A DNA stretch of 64,000 nucleotides from Acidobacteriota bacterium (GCA_019244185.1 JAFATB010000023.1:320001-384000); one strand, 5' to 3'. Positions 38,813 to 48,973 are shown, numbered from the stretch's first letter. Numbers and translations: made by a program. The notes: generated from the letters alone by a model not told the origin.

Positions 38813-39187
38813 CTATTGCCCAGAGGCTTGGGCATGCGGGCGCGTGATCTCGCGCACCAGCTCGTCGACGGTCAGCGGCTTGGTCAGCCACGCGCGGACG
38901 CGCGGCGGCAGCGCCGGCGGCTCGGGCTGCCCGCTGATGACGATGATCTCGATCTCGGCGGTGCCGTCCTCGTGGTCGAGCCGCTCGACGACCTCGCGCC
39001 CGTCCATGAGCGGCATCATCCAGTCGAGGAGGATGTAGTCGGGGCGTTCGCTGGCGACGCGATCGACCGCTTCCGCGCCGTTGGCGGCCAGCTTGACCTC
39101 GAACCCTCGCTGGTTGAGGCCGATTGCGTACAGCCGCCGGACGTCCGCGTTGTCCTCGACCAGCAGCACTTTCGGCTTCATGCCCAT
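38813..39187 (-). CDS. Single-domain response regulator
   Basis: VLLVEDN, LLDWMMPLMDG, IIVISG, LTKP. Confidence 0.9.
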   Translation of the reverse strand: MGMKPKVLLVEDNADVRRLYAIGLNQRGFEVKLAANGAEAVDRVASERPDYILLDWMMPLMDGREVVERLDHEDGTAEIEIIVISGQPEPPALPPRVRAWLTKPLTVDELVREITRPHAQASGQ

Positions 39188-39201
39188 GAACGGGGCAAAA
39201 G

Positions 39202-39217
39202 TGCAGGTTGCAGGCCA
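39202..39217 (-). promoter_or_regulatory. Possible sigma54 promoter of response regulator
   Basis: Minus strand TGGCCTGCAACCTGCA (GG-N10-GC), 14 nt before the ATG. Confidence 0.5.
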
Positions 39218-39269
39218 CCTTCGTGGTATTCTGCGCCCGCCTTCGCGGACCCGCGCGGCCTTTCCGATT

Positions 39270-39806
39270 ATGAATGTGAAGAAGCGTTTGTTGGATGGCG
39301 CGCGGATGAACCGCGCCATTCGTCGCATGGCCATCGAAGTCGTCGAGCGCAACCGCGGTCTCGACGATCTGATGATCGTCGGCATCCGCAGCCGAGGGGT
39401 TCCCATCGGCGAGCGGATGGCGAAGGAGATCGAGGAGATGGAAGGGCAGCCGGTCGCGTTCGGCATCCTCGACATCACGCTCTATCGCGACGATCTCACC
39501 ACCATCGCGCCGCAGCCGGTCGTCAAGCCGACGAAACTCCCCGAGCCGATCGACGACAAGAACATCGTGCTCGTCGACGACGTGCTCTACACCGGCCGCA
39601 CCGTGCGCGCCGCGCTCGACGCGCTGATCGACTTCGGCCGCCCGCGCAGCGTCATGCTCGCCGTGCTCGTCGACCGCGGCCACCGCGAGCTTCCCATCCA
39701 CGCCGACGTGATCGGCAAGACCGTTCCCACCGATGCCGACGAAGTGATCAAAGTGAAGCTCGCCGAGACGGACGGCGAGGATGAAGTCCTGATCATGGAG
39801 AAGTGA
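39270..39806 (+). CDS. pyrR: Pyrimidine regulatory protein / uracil phosphoribosyltransferase
   Basis: [39 protein letters not shown]. Confidence 0.96.
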   Translation: MNVKKRLLDGARMNRAIRRMAIEVVERNRGLDDLMIVGIRSRGVPIGERMAKEIEEMEGQPVAFGILDITLYRDDLTTIAPQPVVKPTKLPEPIDDKNIVLVDDVLYTGRTVRAALDALIDFGRPRSVMLAVLVDRGHRELPIHADVIGKTVPTDADEVIKVKLAETDGEDEVLIMEK

Positions 39807-40759
39807 GGTTGCGCACCGAAAGCTCGGTCCTTCGCAGCAAAGACCTCCTCGGCATCGAGCCGCTCACTCCCGAAGAGATCACGCTGATCCTCGACACCGC
39901 CGAAGGGTTCAAGGAAGTCAGCGAGCGTCCGGTCAAGAAAGTCCCCGCGCTCCGCGGCCAGCTGGTGATCAACCTCTTCATGGAGGCCTCGACGCGCACG
40001 CGCGTGTCGTTCGAGATCGCCGAGAAACGCCTCTCCGCAGACACCCTCAACTTCTCCGCCTCCGGTTCCGCCGTCGAAAAAGGCGAGACGCTCATCGACA
40101 CGGCCGAGAACCTCGTGGCCATGCATCCCAACATGATCGTCATCCGCCACAAGCATCCCGGCTCGCCGAAGATGCTGGCGGAACGCTTCGAGAACATCGC
40201 CGTCATCAACGCCGGCGACGGCGCGCACGAGCATCCGACGCAGGCGCTTCTCGACGCCTTCACGATCCGCGAACGCCTCGGCCGCCTGCAAGGCGTCAAC
40301 GTGGCCATCGTCGGCGACATCAAGTACTCGCGCGTCGTCCGCTCGAACATTCATCTGCTCACGAAGATGAAGGCGAACGTGACGCTCTCCGCGCCGCCGA
40401 CGCTCCTTCCCGCCGAGATCGAGAAGATGGGCGTGCGCGTCGTGCACTCGCTCGATGAAGCGATCGAAGGGGCGGACGTCGTGATGATGCTGCGCATCCA
40501 GCTCGAGCGGCAGGGGAAGCTCAGCTTCCCGTCGCTGCGCGAGTACTACAACACGTTCGGACTCACGCGCGAGCGCCTGCGCCGCGCGAAGGAAGGCGTG
40601 CTGGTCATGCACCCCGGCCCGATGAACCGCGGCGTCGAGATCGCCTCCGACGTCGCCGACGATCCGCGCTACTCGGTGATCCTCGATCAGGTGACGAACG
40701 GCGTGGCGGTGCGGATGGCGGTTTTGTATCTTCTCGGCGGAGCGCACGCGAGCGAGTAA
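39803..40759 (+). CDS. pyrB: Aspartate carbamoyltransferase catalytic subunit
   Basis: [41 protein letters not shown]. Confidence 0.97.
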   Translation: MRLRTESSVLRSKDLLGIEPLTPEEITLILDTAEGFKEVSERPVKKVPALRGQLVINLFMEASTRTRVSFEIAEKRLSADTLNFSASGSAVEKGETLIDTAENLVAMHPNMIVIRHKHPGSPKMLAERFENIAVINAGDGAHEHPTQALLDAFTIRERLGRLQGVNVAIVGDIKYSRVVRSNIHLLTKMKANVTLSAPPTLLPAEIEKMGVRVVHSLDEAIEGADVVMMLRIQLERQGKLSFPSLREYYNTFGLTRERLRRAKEGVLVMHPGPMNRGVEIASDVADDPRYSVILDQVTNGVAVRMAVLYLLGGAHASE

Positions 40760-40765
40760 AAAAGA

Positions 40766-40860
40766 TGAATGAAGAACGCAGAACGCAGAATGAAGAATTG
40801 AGAAAGGGAGACCGTCCTCCTTTCTACGTTCTGCGTTCTGCGTTCTGCGTTCTTCATTCA
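40766..40860. repeat. Heptamer-array palindrome, copy A (pyrB-pyrC)
   Basis: TGAA-(TGAAGAA CGCAGAA CGCAGAA TGAAGAA TTGAGAA)-spacer-(TTCTACG TTCTGCG x3 TTCTTCA)-TTCA. Confidence 0.9.
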
Positions 40861-40871
40861 GCTTCTACGTT

Positions 40872-42185
40872 ATGAACCTTCTCATCACAAATGCGCGTGT
40901 AGTCGATCCGTCGCAGGACCTCGACGGCACGCTCGACGTGCTCATCGAAGGCGGCACGATCGCGCGCATTGACAAGCGCATCAAAGCGAACGACGTCGAC
41001 GTCATCGACGCGAGCGGTCTCGTCCTCGCTCCCGGATTCATCGATCTGCACACGCATCTGCGCGAGCCGGGGCAGGAGCATAAGGAAACGATCGCCACCG
41101 GCACGCGCGCCGCGGTCGCCGGCGGCTACACCGCCGTCTGCGCGATGGCGAACAGCGTTCCGCCGAACGACGAGCGCGCGGTCACGGAGATGGTGCTCGC
41201 CGAGTCCGCGCGCAACGGCTCGTGCCGCGTCTATCCCGTCGGCGCGGTGAGCAAAGGGCTCGCGGGCGAAGAGCTCGCGGAGCTCGCCGATCTCCGCGCG
41301 GCCGGCTGCGTCGCGGTCTCCGACGACGGCAAGCCGGTCTACAACGCGCAGCTCATGCGCCGCGCGCTCGAGTACTGCTCGATGCTCGGCATGCCGCTCA
41401 TCGCGCACGAGGAAGACGCGAACCTGAGCGACGGCGGCGTGATGCACGAGGGCTACTTCTCGACCCTCCTCGGCATGCGCGGCATTCCCGCGGCATCGGA
41501 AGAGACGCTCGTCGCGCGCGACGTCATCCTGGCCGAGCTCACCGGCGCGCACGTGCACATCGCGCATCTGTCGACCGCGGGCGCGGTCGAGATCATGCGG
41601 CAGGCGCGCGAGCGCGGCGTGCGCGTCACCGCCGAAGTCACGCCGCATCATCTCGCGCTCAGCGACGCCGACGTGCAGTCGTTCTCGACGTACCTCAAGA
41701 TGAACCCGCCGCTGCGCAGCGACAAGCACCGGCAGGCGATTCTCGAAGGCGTCGCCGACGGCACGATCGACGCCATCGCCACCGATCACGCGCCGCATCA
41801 TTTCGATGAGAAGAACGTCGAGTTCGACCTCGCGCCGTTCGGCGTCATCGGCCTCGAGACCGCGTTCGGCGTCTGCTACGAACAGCTCGTGCGCGAAGGC
41901 GTGATCGGACTGCCGCGTCTCATCGAGCTGCTCTCCACCGGTCCCGCGCGCATCTTCAATCTCCCCGGCGGCACGCTCCGCGCCGGCTCGCTCGGCGACG
42001 TGACGCTGCTCGATCTCGACGCGCAGCAGCACGTCACGAAGCAGTTCGCATCGAAGGCGGCCAACTCGCCGTTCATCGGACGCACGCTGCAGGGGCGCGT
42101 CGTCACGACGATCGTCGGCGGCGTGGTGAAGTACGACATCCGCGAGCCGAAGAAAGCCGCGGCACCGCAGCGCAAGCGCAAATGA
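40872..42185 (+). CDS. pyrC: Dihydroorotase
   Basis: PGFIDLHTHLREPG, AEVTPHHL, KMNPPLR, IATDHAPH, N.PF.G. Confidence 0.96.
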   Translation: MNLLITNARVVDPSQDLDGTLDVLIEGGTIARIDKRIKANDVDVIDASGLVLAPGFIDLHTHLREPGQEHKETIATGTRAAVAGGYTAVCAMANSVPPNDERAVTEMVLAESARNGSCRVYPVGAVSKGLAGEELAELADLRAAGCVAVSDDGKPVYNAQLMRRALEYCSMLGMPLIAHEEDANLSDGGVMHEGYFSTLLGMRGIPAASEETLVARDVILAELTGAHVHIAHLSTAGAVEIMRQARERGVRVTAEVTPHHLALSDADVQSFSTYLKMNPPLRSDKHRQAILEGVADGTIDAIATDHAPHHFDEKNVEFDLAPFGVIGLETAFGVCYEQLVREGVIGLPRLIELLSTGPARIFNLPGGTLRAGSLGDVTLLDLDAQQHVTKQFASKAANSPFIGRTLQGRVVTTIVGGVVKYDIREPKKAAAPQRKRK

Positions 42186-42571
42186 GCGACGCCCGCACCA
42201 AGCGCGTCGTCATCGTCGACGACTCCCCTTCGTACTGCGACCTCTGGTCGAACTTCATGCTCGAGCGTTATCCCGACATCGCCAAGGTGGAGACGTACAG
42301 CCATCCGTACGACGCGCTGCCGAAGATCGATGCGACGATCGACCTGCTCATCGTCGATCTCGAGATGCCGGGCATGGACGGGAAGAAGTTCGTCGACTAC
42401 GCGCGCGCGAAAGGACTCTCGCCGCGGCGCATCGTGGTCACGTCGTCGCATTCCGCCGACGAACTGCACCAGCGCTTCCGCATCGGCGAAACGATCGCCG
42501 TCATCAACAAGACCGAAGCGAAACAACAGGAGGCGTTCCTGATGATTCTCGATTCGGTGATGCGGCGCTAA
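42182..42571 (+). CDS. Single-domain response regulator
   Basis: VVIVDDS, IVDLEMPGMDG, VVTS, INK. Confidence 0.85.
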   Translation: MSDARTKRVVIVDDSPSYCDLWSNFMLERYPDIAKVETYSHPYDALPKIDATIDLLIVDLEMPGMDGKKFVDYARAKGLSPRRIVVTSSHSADELHQRFRIGETIAVINKTEAKQQEAFLMILDSVMRR

Positions 42572-42590
42572 CGTTCGTATAATCGCCGCC

Positions 42591-44045
42591 GTGACGGTCG
42601 CTCCCGAAGCGCATCAGGCCCCGGCGTTCTCCCTCAACGACCTGCTGATCTACATGGCCAAGCAGCAGGCGTCGGACCTTCATCTCAAGCCGATGCGTCC
42701 GCCGCTCGTGCGCGTGCAGGGGAAGCTGATCCCGATCAAGACCGACGCGCTCAAGCCGGCCGATCTCGAGAAGATGCTGCTGCCGATCCTCAATCGCGCG
42801 CAGCGTGAGAAGTTCGACGCGCAGATGTCGGTCGACTTCGGCTACGGCGTCCCGGGCGTGGCGCGCTTCCGCGCGAACATGTACATGCAGCGCGGCACCG
42901 TCGGCGCGGTCTTCCGCCGCATCCCGATCCAGATCTCGACGGTCGACGCGCTGGAGTTGCCGACCGCGGTGCGCGAGATCACGGAGATGCCGGACGGCCT
43001 CGTGCTCGTCACCGGCCCGACGGGCTCGGGCAAGTCGACGACGCTCGCGGCGATGATCCTCGAGATCGCCGAGCGCGAGCCGCTGCACATCGTCACGATC
43101 GAAGATCCGATCGAGTTCCTGTTTCAGGACCGCACCGCCGCGATCTCGCAGCGCGAGGTCGGCACCGACACGCCGACGTTCCGCGAGGCGCTGCGCAACG
43201 CCATGCGCCAGGACCCCGACGTGATCATGGTCGGGGAGATGCGTGACGTCGAGACGATGCAGACCGTGCTCACCGCCGCGGAGACGGGCCATCTGGTCTT
43301 CTCCACGCTGCACACCAACAACGCCGCGCAGACGCTCGACCGCATCGTCGACGCGTTCCCGCCCGAGCAGCACAAGCAGATCCGCGCGCAACTCTCGCTC
43401 GTCCTGCGCGGCATCATCTCGCTCAAGCTCGTCAAGACGAAAGACGGGCGCATGACCGCTGCGGTCGAGGTGCTGCGCAACTCGCCGCGCATGGCCAAGC
43501 TCATCGAAGACGGCCACACGAAGGACATCCTCGAGGAGATCGAGACCTCGGTCGGTCTCTATCGCATGCAGTCGATGAATCAGTCGCTCATCGCGCTGCT
43601 CGTGCACCAGAAGATCACGTATCAGGACGCGATGGCGCTGTCGAGCGATCCCGACGATCTCTCGCTCAAGTTGCGCAAGCTCTTCCCGCAGATCGAAGAG
43701 CGCGTCCGCCAGGGAGGAGACATGGCTCCGAGCTACTCCGATTTCTCGCAGATCACCGAGCTGATGGACATCAAACGGCTCTACGAAGAACAGGACGTGC
43801 AGTGGCGGCAGCGCCTGCTCGACAAGGACGAGGACATCCAGAACCTCCGCCACGACGTCGAGTACCTCCGCTCGCAGCTCCAGCAGTTCCAGGGCGGGCA
43901 GGGACAGAAGGACGAGGAGATCGCGCGGCTGCGCGGCGAGTCCGAGCGGTTGCGTGCGGACGCGCAGGCGAAGATCACCCAACTGCAGGAGCGCATCAAG
44001 GAGCTCAATCAGAAATTAATGGCGGCAGGCGCGGTTAAACGCTGA
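42591..44045 (+). CDS. PilT/PilU family ATPase with C-terminal coiled-coil extension
   Basis: [47 protein letters not shown]. About 100-aa heptad-rich tail. Confidence 0.9.
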   Translation: MTVAPEAHQAPAFSLNDLLIYMAKQQASDLHLKPMRPPLVRVQGKLIPIKTDALKPADLEKMLLPILNRAQREKFDAQMSVDFGYGVPGVARFRANMYMQRGTVGAVFRRIPIQISTVDALELPTAVREITEMPDGLVLVTGPTGSGKSTTLAAMILEIAEREPLHIVTIEDPIEFLFQDRTAAISQREVGTDTPTFREALRNAMRQDPDVIMVGEMRDVETMQTVLTAAETGHLVFSTLHTNNAAQTLDRIVDAFPPEQHKQIRAQLSLVLRGIISLKLVKTKDGRMTAAVEVLRNSPRMAKLIEDGHTKDILEEIETSVGLYRMQSMNQSLIALLVHQKITYQDAMALSSDPDDLSLKLRKLFPQIEERVRQGGDMAPSYSDFSQITELMDIKRLYEEQDVQWRQRLLDKDEDIQNLRHDVEYLRSQLQQFQGGQGQKDEEIARLRGESERLRADAQAKITQLQERIKELNQKLMAAGAVKR

Positions 44046-44046
44046 C

Positions 44047-44406
44047 GTGGCCACGAAGCCGTCGAAAACAATCGAGACGTTCCCGAACCCGAACCCCGAG
44101 CGCGACTATGAGATCGCGTTCGAGGCGCCCGAGTTCACCTGCCTCTGCCCGATGACCGGGCAACCCGACTTCGCCACGATCCGCATCCGCTACACGCCCG
44201 ACACGACCTGTGTCGAGCTCAAGTCGCTGAAGCTCTATCTCTGGTCGTACCGCGACGAGGGCGCGTTCCACGAGGCCGTCACGAACCGCATCGCGAACGA
44301 TCTCATCGCCGCCGTCGACCCGCGTTTCCTCGAAGTGGAAGGCGACTTCTACGTGCGCGGCGGGATTTCGACGAAGGTGAAGGTTTGTCATCGAAAAGCT
44401 GAATGA
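44047..44406 (+). CDS. queF: PreQ1 synthase (7-cyano-7-deazaguanine reductase)
   Basis: [38 protein letters not shown]. Confidence 0.96.
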   Translation: MATKPSKTIETFPNPNPERDYEIAFEAPEFTCLCPMTGQPDFATIRIRYTPDTTCVELKSLKLYLWSYRDEGAFHEAVTNRIANDLIAAVDPRFLEVEGDFYVRGGISTKVKVCHRKAE

Positions 44407-44509
44407 AGAACGCAGAACGCAGAATGAAGAATTGAGAACAGAGAACGTGCGCGCGCAGCGCGCCACCACAATTCTTCATTCTGCGTTCTGCGTTCTAAAT
44501 TCTTCATTC
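44400..44509. repeat. Heptamer-array palindrome, copy B (between convergent genes)
   Basis: Left arm TGAATGAAGAACGCAGAACGCAGAATGAAGAATTGAGAA is identical to copy A. Right arm is CAATTCTTCATTCTGCGTTCTGCGTTCTAAATTCTTCATTC. Confidence 0.9.
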
Positions 44510-45513
44510 GGTGTCCCGCGAAAAAGCCGCCACTGCTCGTTGACGTACCCCGCGAACCCCGCCTCTCCGCCGTTCAGCCATTCCGTCAAAATATCCACAC
44601 TGACGTCGTCGAGTCCGCCGACGATGCCGAGGCTCGCGGCTTCGGCAATGCGCGTCAGCGGCTTATCGAGATCGGCGACGGCGCGCGCGGAACGGGCGAT
44701 GAGGCCGGCGAGATCGAGGTCGTGCTCCATGGCGATCATGCGGGACGCGGTGAGCGTGAGCAGGATCGCGGCGTTCCAGTTCGAGCGCTCGTTCCAGCGC
44801 GGCGGCAGGATGAAGTCGTGCATACCGCGCGCGTGGGCCAGCGCGGCGATGTGGCGTTCGGTGGCGATGTGGATTGGCTCGACCGCGGCGTGAAAGAGCA
44901 GTTCGTAACGGTCGTCGTCGCCGGAGAGGTCGAGCATCCGCGCGAGCGCCTGCTTCGCGGTCGCTTCGACGTCGATCGCGACCGCCGCGAAGAACGACGC
45001 GCCGTGTTTCTGCGCGAGCTCCGCGAGCGCGTCGAGCAGCGCGAGATCCGTCGTCACGGGATAGATCACCGGCACGGCGACGCCCCACGTTCCGCGCGCG
45101 GTTGTGAAGAGCGCTTCGAGCCGCGCGAGATGGGGCGGCCACGCGGCGATGGCGACGGTCGCCGCATTCGAATCGGGCAGCGCGCCGTGGGTCGACGTGA
45201 GAAAGAGCGCGTCGCGTTCGCAGAACGCCAGCGCTTCCGCGCCGCGGCGGAAGACGACTTCCGCGGCTTCGGCCGCGTCGATGAGCACCGGCGGCGCGAG
45301 TTGTTTCGCGCGTTCGAGGTCGTCGCGCACGTGCTCCGCGACCGTTACCTCGAGCTTCTCCGCGCCGCTCGCGCGCAACGCGACGTAGTCGACGGCGATC
45401 GGCGTGGCACGTTTCGCCGCGTACGGCGCGATGGTCGTCGCGCACCAGAACGGCGGCGCGGGCGCGCTCGCGCGGCGGATGCGAAGCGGCGCCGCTTTGC
45501 GGTAGAGAATCAC
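44476..45513 (-). CDS. Hypothetical protein: radical-SAM-barrel-like middle plus PolX N-terminal HhH-like C-terminus
   Basis: GTG start overlaps the ribE stop. Segments WGVAVPVIYPVTTD..LLDALAELAQKHGASF and NWNAAILL...ARSARAVADLDKPL...LGIVGGL...ILTEWL. Confidence 0.55.
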   Translation of the reverse strand: MILYRKAAPLRIRRASAPAPPFWCATTIAPYAAKRATPIAVDYVALRASGAEKLEVTVAEHVRDDLERAKQLAPPVLIDAAEAAEVVFRRGAEALAFCERDALFLTSTHGALPDSNAATVAIAAWPPHLARLEALFTTARGTWGVAVPVIYPVTTDLALLDALAELAQKHGASFFAAVAIDVEATAKQALARMLDLSGDDDRYELLFHAAVEPIHIATERHIAALAHARGMHDFILPPRWNERSNWNAAILLTLTASRMIAMEHDLDLAGLIARSARAVADLDKPLTRIAEAASLGIVGGLDDVSVDILTEWLNGGEAGFAGYVNEQWRLFRGTPNEEFRTQNAE

Positions 45514-46115
45514 GACGAGAGCTTCGCGAGGTAGGGCGCGACGAGCTGCCGGATGTACTTGGCCACGACGTCGAACTCGAGGTTGACGCCGCCGCCGATG
45601 TGCGGATTGCCGAGGTTCGTGCGGCGGAGCGTCTCCGGAATCAGCGCGGCGCCGAACGAATTGGCGTCCGGCTCGACGACCGTGAGCGACACGCCGTCGA
45701 CGGCGACCGAGCCTTTGTCGACGAGGAGATCCGCGTAGTCGCGCGGCACGCTCCAGCGATACACCGCGAAGTCGCCTTCCTGCGTCACCGAGAGCAGCGT
45801 GCCCGTCGCGTCGACGTGTCCCTGCACGAGATGTCCGCCGAGGCGTTCTCCGACGGCGAGCGCGCGCTCGACGTTCACCTGCATCCCCGCGCGCACATTC
45901 GCCAGCGTCGTACGCGCGAGCGTTTCCTCGGATAAGTCGGCGACGAGCGCGCCGTCGTCGTCGGGCAGCACCGTGAGACAGACGCCGTTGACGGCGAGGC
46001 TCTCGCCGCGCGCGAACGGTTCCGGATCGGTCGTGCGCAGGCGCAGGCGCGCGCCGCCGCCGGCGCGCTCGAACGCCTCGATCGTGCCGCGATGAACGAT
46101 GATCCCGGTGAACAT
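45510..46115 (-). CDS. ribE: Riboflavin synthase
   Basis: MFTGII, AVNGVCLTV, NVERAL...RLGGHLVQGHVD, KGSVAVDGVSLTV, VNLEFD..AKY. Confidence 0.96.
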   Translation of the reverse strand: MFTGIIVHRGTIEAFERAGGGARLRLRTTDPEPFARGESLAVNGVCLTVLPDDDGALVADLSEETLARTTLANVRAGMQVNVERALAVGERLGGHLVQGHVDATGTLLSVTQEGDFAVYRWSVPRDYADLLVDKGSVAVDGVSLTVVEPDANSFGAALIPETLRRTNLGNPHIGGGVNLEFDVVAKYIRQLVAPYLAKLSS

Positions 46116-47177
46116 TCAGGAAGGGTAGGCGACGAGTTTCAGGTCGCCGCCTACGAGCTCCGCGCGATCAAACCGAAAGCGGTACGCGTCTGTCAATCGC
46201 GAGATCGGTTCGCCTTGCAGCAACGCAGGCGCGTCGCCGCCGCCCACGAGCATCGGCGCGACGAAGAGAATCATCTTCTGCCACAGCCCGCGGCGGATGA
46301 GCTCCGAGTGCACGACCGCGCCGCCTTCGACGAGCACCGATTGGATCCCGCGCGCGTGCAACTCGCCGAAGACGCGTTCGAGATCGGCCAGGCCGTCGAT
46401 GCGCACGATCTCGAGCTCCGGCGACGCGCTGTAACGATCGGGCGCCGACGTGAAGAGGATCGTGCGCGCGCCGTCGCGGAAGAGCTGCGCGTGCGGCGGC
46501 GCGTTGCCGTCGCCGTCGAGGACGACGCGTGTCCACGGCACGACGCCGTTTGCGATGCCGAGGCGGCGCGTGAGTCGCGGGTTGTCCGCCGCGACGGTGC
46601 CGCCGCCGACGAGGATCGAATCGTGTTCTTCGCGCAACGCGAGACTCGCCTCACGCGCCGCTTCCGCGGTGATCCATTGCGAGTCGCGCGTGACCGTCGC
46701 GAGCTTGCCGTCGAGCGTGATCGCCGCTTTCAGCACGACGAACGGCAGTCGCTGCGTGATCGCCCAGATGAAGACCTCGTTCATGCGTCGCGCGTCGGCT
46801 TCGCGAACGCCGGTCGTGACCTCGATGCCCGCCGCGCGCAGTTTGTCGATGCCGCGGCCGTCGACGACGTCGTGCGGATCGCGCATGGCGATGGCGACGC
46901 GCGCGATGCCTGCGGCGATCACGGCGTCGGCGCACGGCGGCGTGCGTCCATGATGCGCGCACGGCTCGAGCGTGACGTACATCGTCGCGCCGCGCGCGTC
47001 GCATTGGCGTAGCGCATCGATCTCCGCGTGCGGCTCGCCGGCGCGGCGGTGCCAGCCTTCGGCGAGCACTTCGCCGTCGCGCACGATGACGCAGCCGACC
47101 ATCGGGTTCGGGCTGACGGAACAGCGTCCGCGCTCCGCCAGCGCGAGCGCGCGCCGCATGAAGTCGTCGTCGGTCAC
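46116..47177 (-). CDS. ribD: Riboflavin biosynthesis deaminase/reductase
   Basis: PNPMVGCVIV, HAE, TLEPCAHHGRTPPC, TLDGK.A...SQWIT, LVEGG. Confidence 0.96.
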   Translation of the reverse strand: MTDDDFMRRALALAERGRCSVSPNPMVGCVIVRDGEVLAEGWHRRAGEPHAEIDALRQCDARGATMYVTLEPCAHHGRTPPCADAVIAAGIARVAIAMRDPHDVVDGRGIDKLRAAGIEVTTGVREADARRMNEVFIWAITQRLPFVVLKAAITLDGKLATVTRDSQWITAEAAREASLALREEHDSILVGGGTVAADNPRLTRRLGIANGVVPWTRVVLDGDGNAPPHAQLFRDGARTILFTSAPDRYSASPELEIVRIDGLADLERVFGELHARGIQSVLVEGGAVVHSELIRRGLWQKMILFVAPMLVGGGDAPALLQGEPISRLTDAYRFRFDRAELVGGDLKLVAYPS

Positions 47178-47201
47178 GGGCGCGATTGTATGCGCGCGCG
47201 C

Positions 47202-47234
47202 AAAAACAAACGGCGGACCCGAAGGTCCGCCGTT
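47202..47234 (-). terminator. Intrinsic terminator of degP-family gene
   Basis: Minus strand AACGGCGGACC-TTCG-GGTCCGCCGTT followed by TGTTTTT. Confidence 0.8.
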
Positions 47235-47255
47235 CGTCGTTCGATGCAGAAAGGC

Positions 47256-48824
47256 TTACGGCGTCTGCACGATGCGGTACGTCGACACCGGGCCCGTGCG
47301 CGTCGGCGTGGTGATGTAGATGCGGATGCGCTGGCCCGAACGCGCGGCGTCGACCGCGGTGCGGAACTGGTCGACGTTGTCGATGCGCTGCCCCTGCACC
47401 TCGCTGATCACATCGCCTTCGCTGATGCCCGCGTCGGCGGCCGCCGAGACGTTCTTCACGTCCGTCACGATGACGCCGTTCGTGGTCGCCGGGACGTTGT
47501 ACTGCCGGCGCAGCTCGGCCGTCAGGTTCTGCACGGACATGCCGAGCTTGTTGCGCGTCGGCTCGACCGTCGCGCCGCCGTTCTCCGTCTCATCCGGCTC
47601 GCCGTCCGGCGGCCGCTCGGCGGTCTTCGCCGTGACGGTCTGCCGCTGGCTGTTGCGGAGCAGCGTGATGTGCACCTCGGTGCCGACCGGCAGGTACGAG
47701 ATGTAGTCGATCAGCTCGCGGTTGTTGCGGATCGGGCGGCCGTCGATCTCGACGATGACGTCGCCGTGGCGGATGCCGGCGCGGTCGGCCGGTTTGTCGG
47801 GCGTGACGTCCTGCACAAGCGCGCCGCGCGCTTCCGGCAGGTTGAACGCCTCGCGGGTCTCTTCGGTCACGTCGGTGATCGACATGCCGAGGAAGCCGCG
47901 GGTGACCTTGCCCTTCTTCAGCTGCGGCAGGAGCGTGCGCGCCGTGTTGATCGGGGTCGCGAAGCCGATGCCCTGCGCGCCGCCGCCGCGGATGGCGGTG
48001 TTGATGCCGATCACCTCTCCGGCAATATTGAGGAGCGGACCTCCGGAGTTGCCGAAGTTGATCGCGGCGTCGGTCTGGATGAAGTTCTCGAACGAGCGGG
48101 TCTGCTCGCTGAGGCCGAGCGAGCGGCCTTTCGCGGAGATGACGCCGACGGTGAGCGTGTTCTCGAACGTGAACGGATGGCCGATGGCGATGGCCCAGTC
48201 ACCCTTGCGGATGCGGTCGGAATCGCCGAGGCGGATCGAGGGGAGCTCGTGGTTCACGTCGATTTTGAGAAGCGCGAGGTCGGTGGCGGGGTCGTGGCCG
48301 ACGATCTTCGCGTTCGTGGTCTGGCCGCCGTTGCCGTTCTCGTCGGCGCCGTAGTGCACGACGACGGTCGAGGCGCCTTCGATGACGTGGTTGTTGGTGA
48401 GGATGTAGCCGTCGGGAGAGATGATGAAGCCGGAGCCGCCGCTGACCTGGCGTTGTTCGTCGTCATCGCCGTTGTCGTCGTCGCCCTGGCCGCGCTGCTG
48501 CGGACGCTGTTGCTGCTGGCGCGGGTCGGGGAAGAAGAATTCGAACGGATCGATGCCGAACTGGCGACGGCGCTGATCGCTCACTTTGATGACTTCGGTC
48601 GAGCGGATCGATACGACGGCCGGCATGACGCGCGAGGCGACGTCGGCGAACGAGGGGACCATCACCGATCCCACGCTGCCGGCCGGTGCGGCCGCCATCG
48701 TGGAAGTGGTTTGAGCTTTCGACGTCTTCATCAAGCCGAGATCGGCGCTGATGAGCACGCCGAACGCCACTGACGCGATCACGATCGCGATCGTCGACAG
48801 AATGCGTTTGGTGGATTGATTCAT
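47256..48824 (-). CDS. Do/DegP/DegQ family serine endoprotease (2 PDZ)
   Basis: GSGFII..DGYILTNNHV, DLALLK, FIQTDAAINFGNSGGPL, two PDZ domains. Confidence 0.95.
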   Translation of the reverse strand: MNQSTKRILSTIAIVIASVAFGVLISADLGLMKTSKAQTTSTMAAAPAGSVGSVMVPSFADVASRVMPAVVSIRSTEVIKVSDQRRRQFGIDPFEFFFPDPRQQQQRPQQRGQGDDDNGDDDEQRQVSGGSGFIISPDGYILTNNHVIEGASTVVVHYGADENGNGGQTTNAKIVGHDPATDLALLKIDVNHELPSIRLGDSDRIRKGDWAIAIGHPFTFENTLTVGVISAKGRSLGLSEQTRSFENFIQTDAAINFGNSGGPLLNIAGEVIGINTAIRGGGAQGIGFATPINTARTLLPQLKKGKVTRGFLGMSITDVTEETREAFNLPEARGALVQDVTPDKPADRAGIRHGDVIVEIDGRPIRNNRELIDYISYLPVGTEVHITLLRNSQRQTVTAKTAERPPDGEPDETENGGATVEPTRNKLGMSVQNLTAELRRQYNVPATTNGVIVTDVKNVSAAADAGISEGDVISEVQGQRIDNVDQFRTAVDAARSGQRIRIYITTPTRTGPVSTYRIVQTP

Positions 48825-48889
48825 AGACTTGCTTGACTCCTCCTGGTGTGACCAATGGATGAAGCGGGGATCGACATTCCCGCACCGAT

Positions 48890-48917
48890 TCAGACGTGCA
48901 GCGCGGTGAAATGTTCC
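48890..48917 (-). promoter_or_regulatory. SigmaE(RpoE)-type ECF promoter of degP-family gene
   Basis: Minus strand GGAACAT-N16-TCTGA, matching the RpoE consensus GGAACTT-N16-TCTGA. Confidence 0.7.
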
Positions 48918-48946
48918 GCACCCGCGGCGTTACGTTTCGTCAAACG

Positions 48947-48973
48947 AAAAAAGGCCTCGCCACGCGCGAGGCC
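48947..48973 (-). terminator. Intrinsic terminator after glsB/yeaQ-family gene
   Basis: Minus strand GGCCTCGC-GCGTG-GCGAGGCC-TTTTTT. Confidence 0.75.

Noticed and set aside
39218-39269. PyrR attenuator leader
   Set aside because: The leader is too short, with no recognisable PyrR-binding loop or terminator.
40766-40860. Heptamer repeats as a CRISPR array
   Set aside because: The repeats are inverted and dispersed with one spacer each. There is no direct repeat-spacer array and no cas gene in the window.
47178-47255. FMN riboswitch before ribD (and preQ1 riboswitch before queF)
   Set aside because: The ribD upstream region holds only the degP terminator and a -10 box adjacent to the start. 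queF starts 1 nt after the upstream stop.
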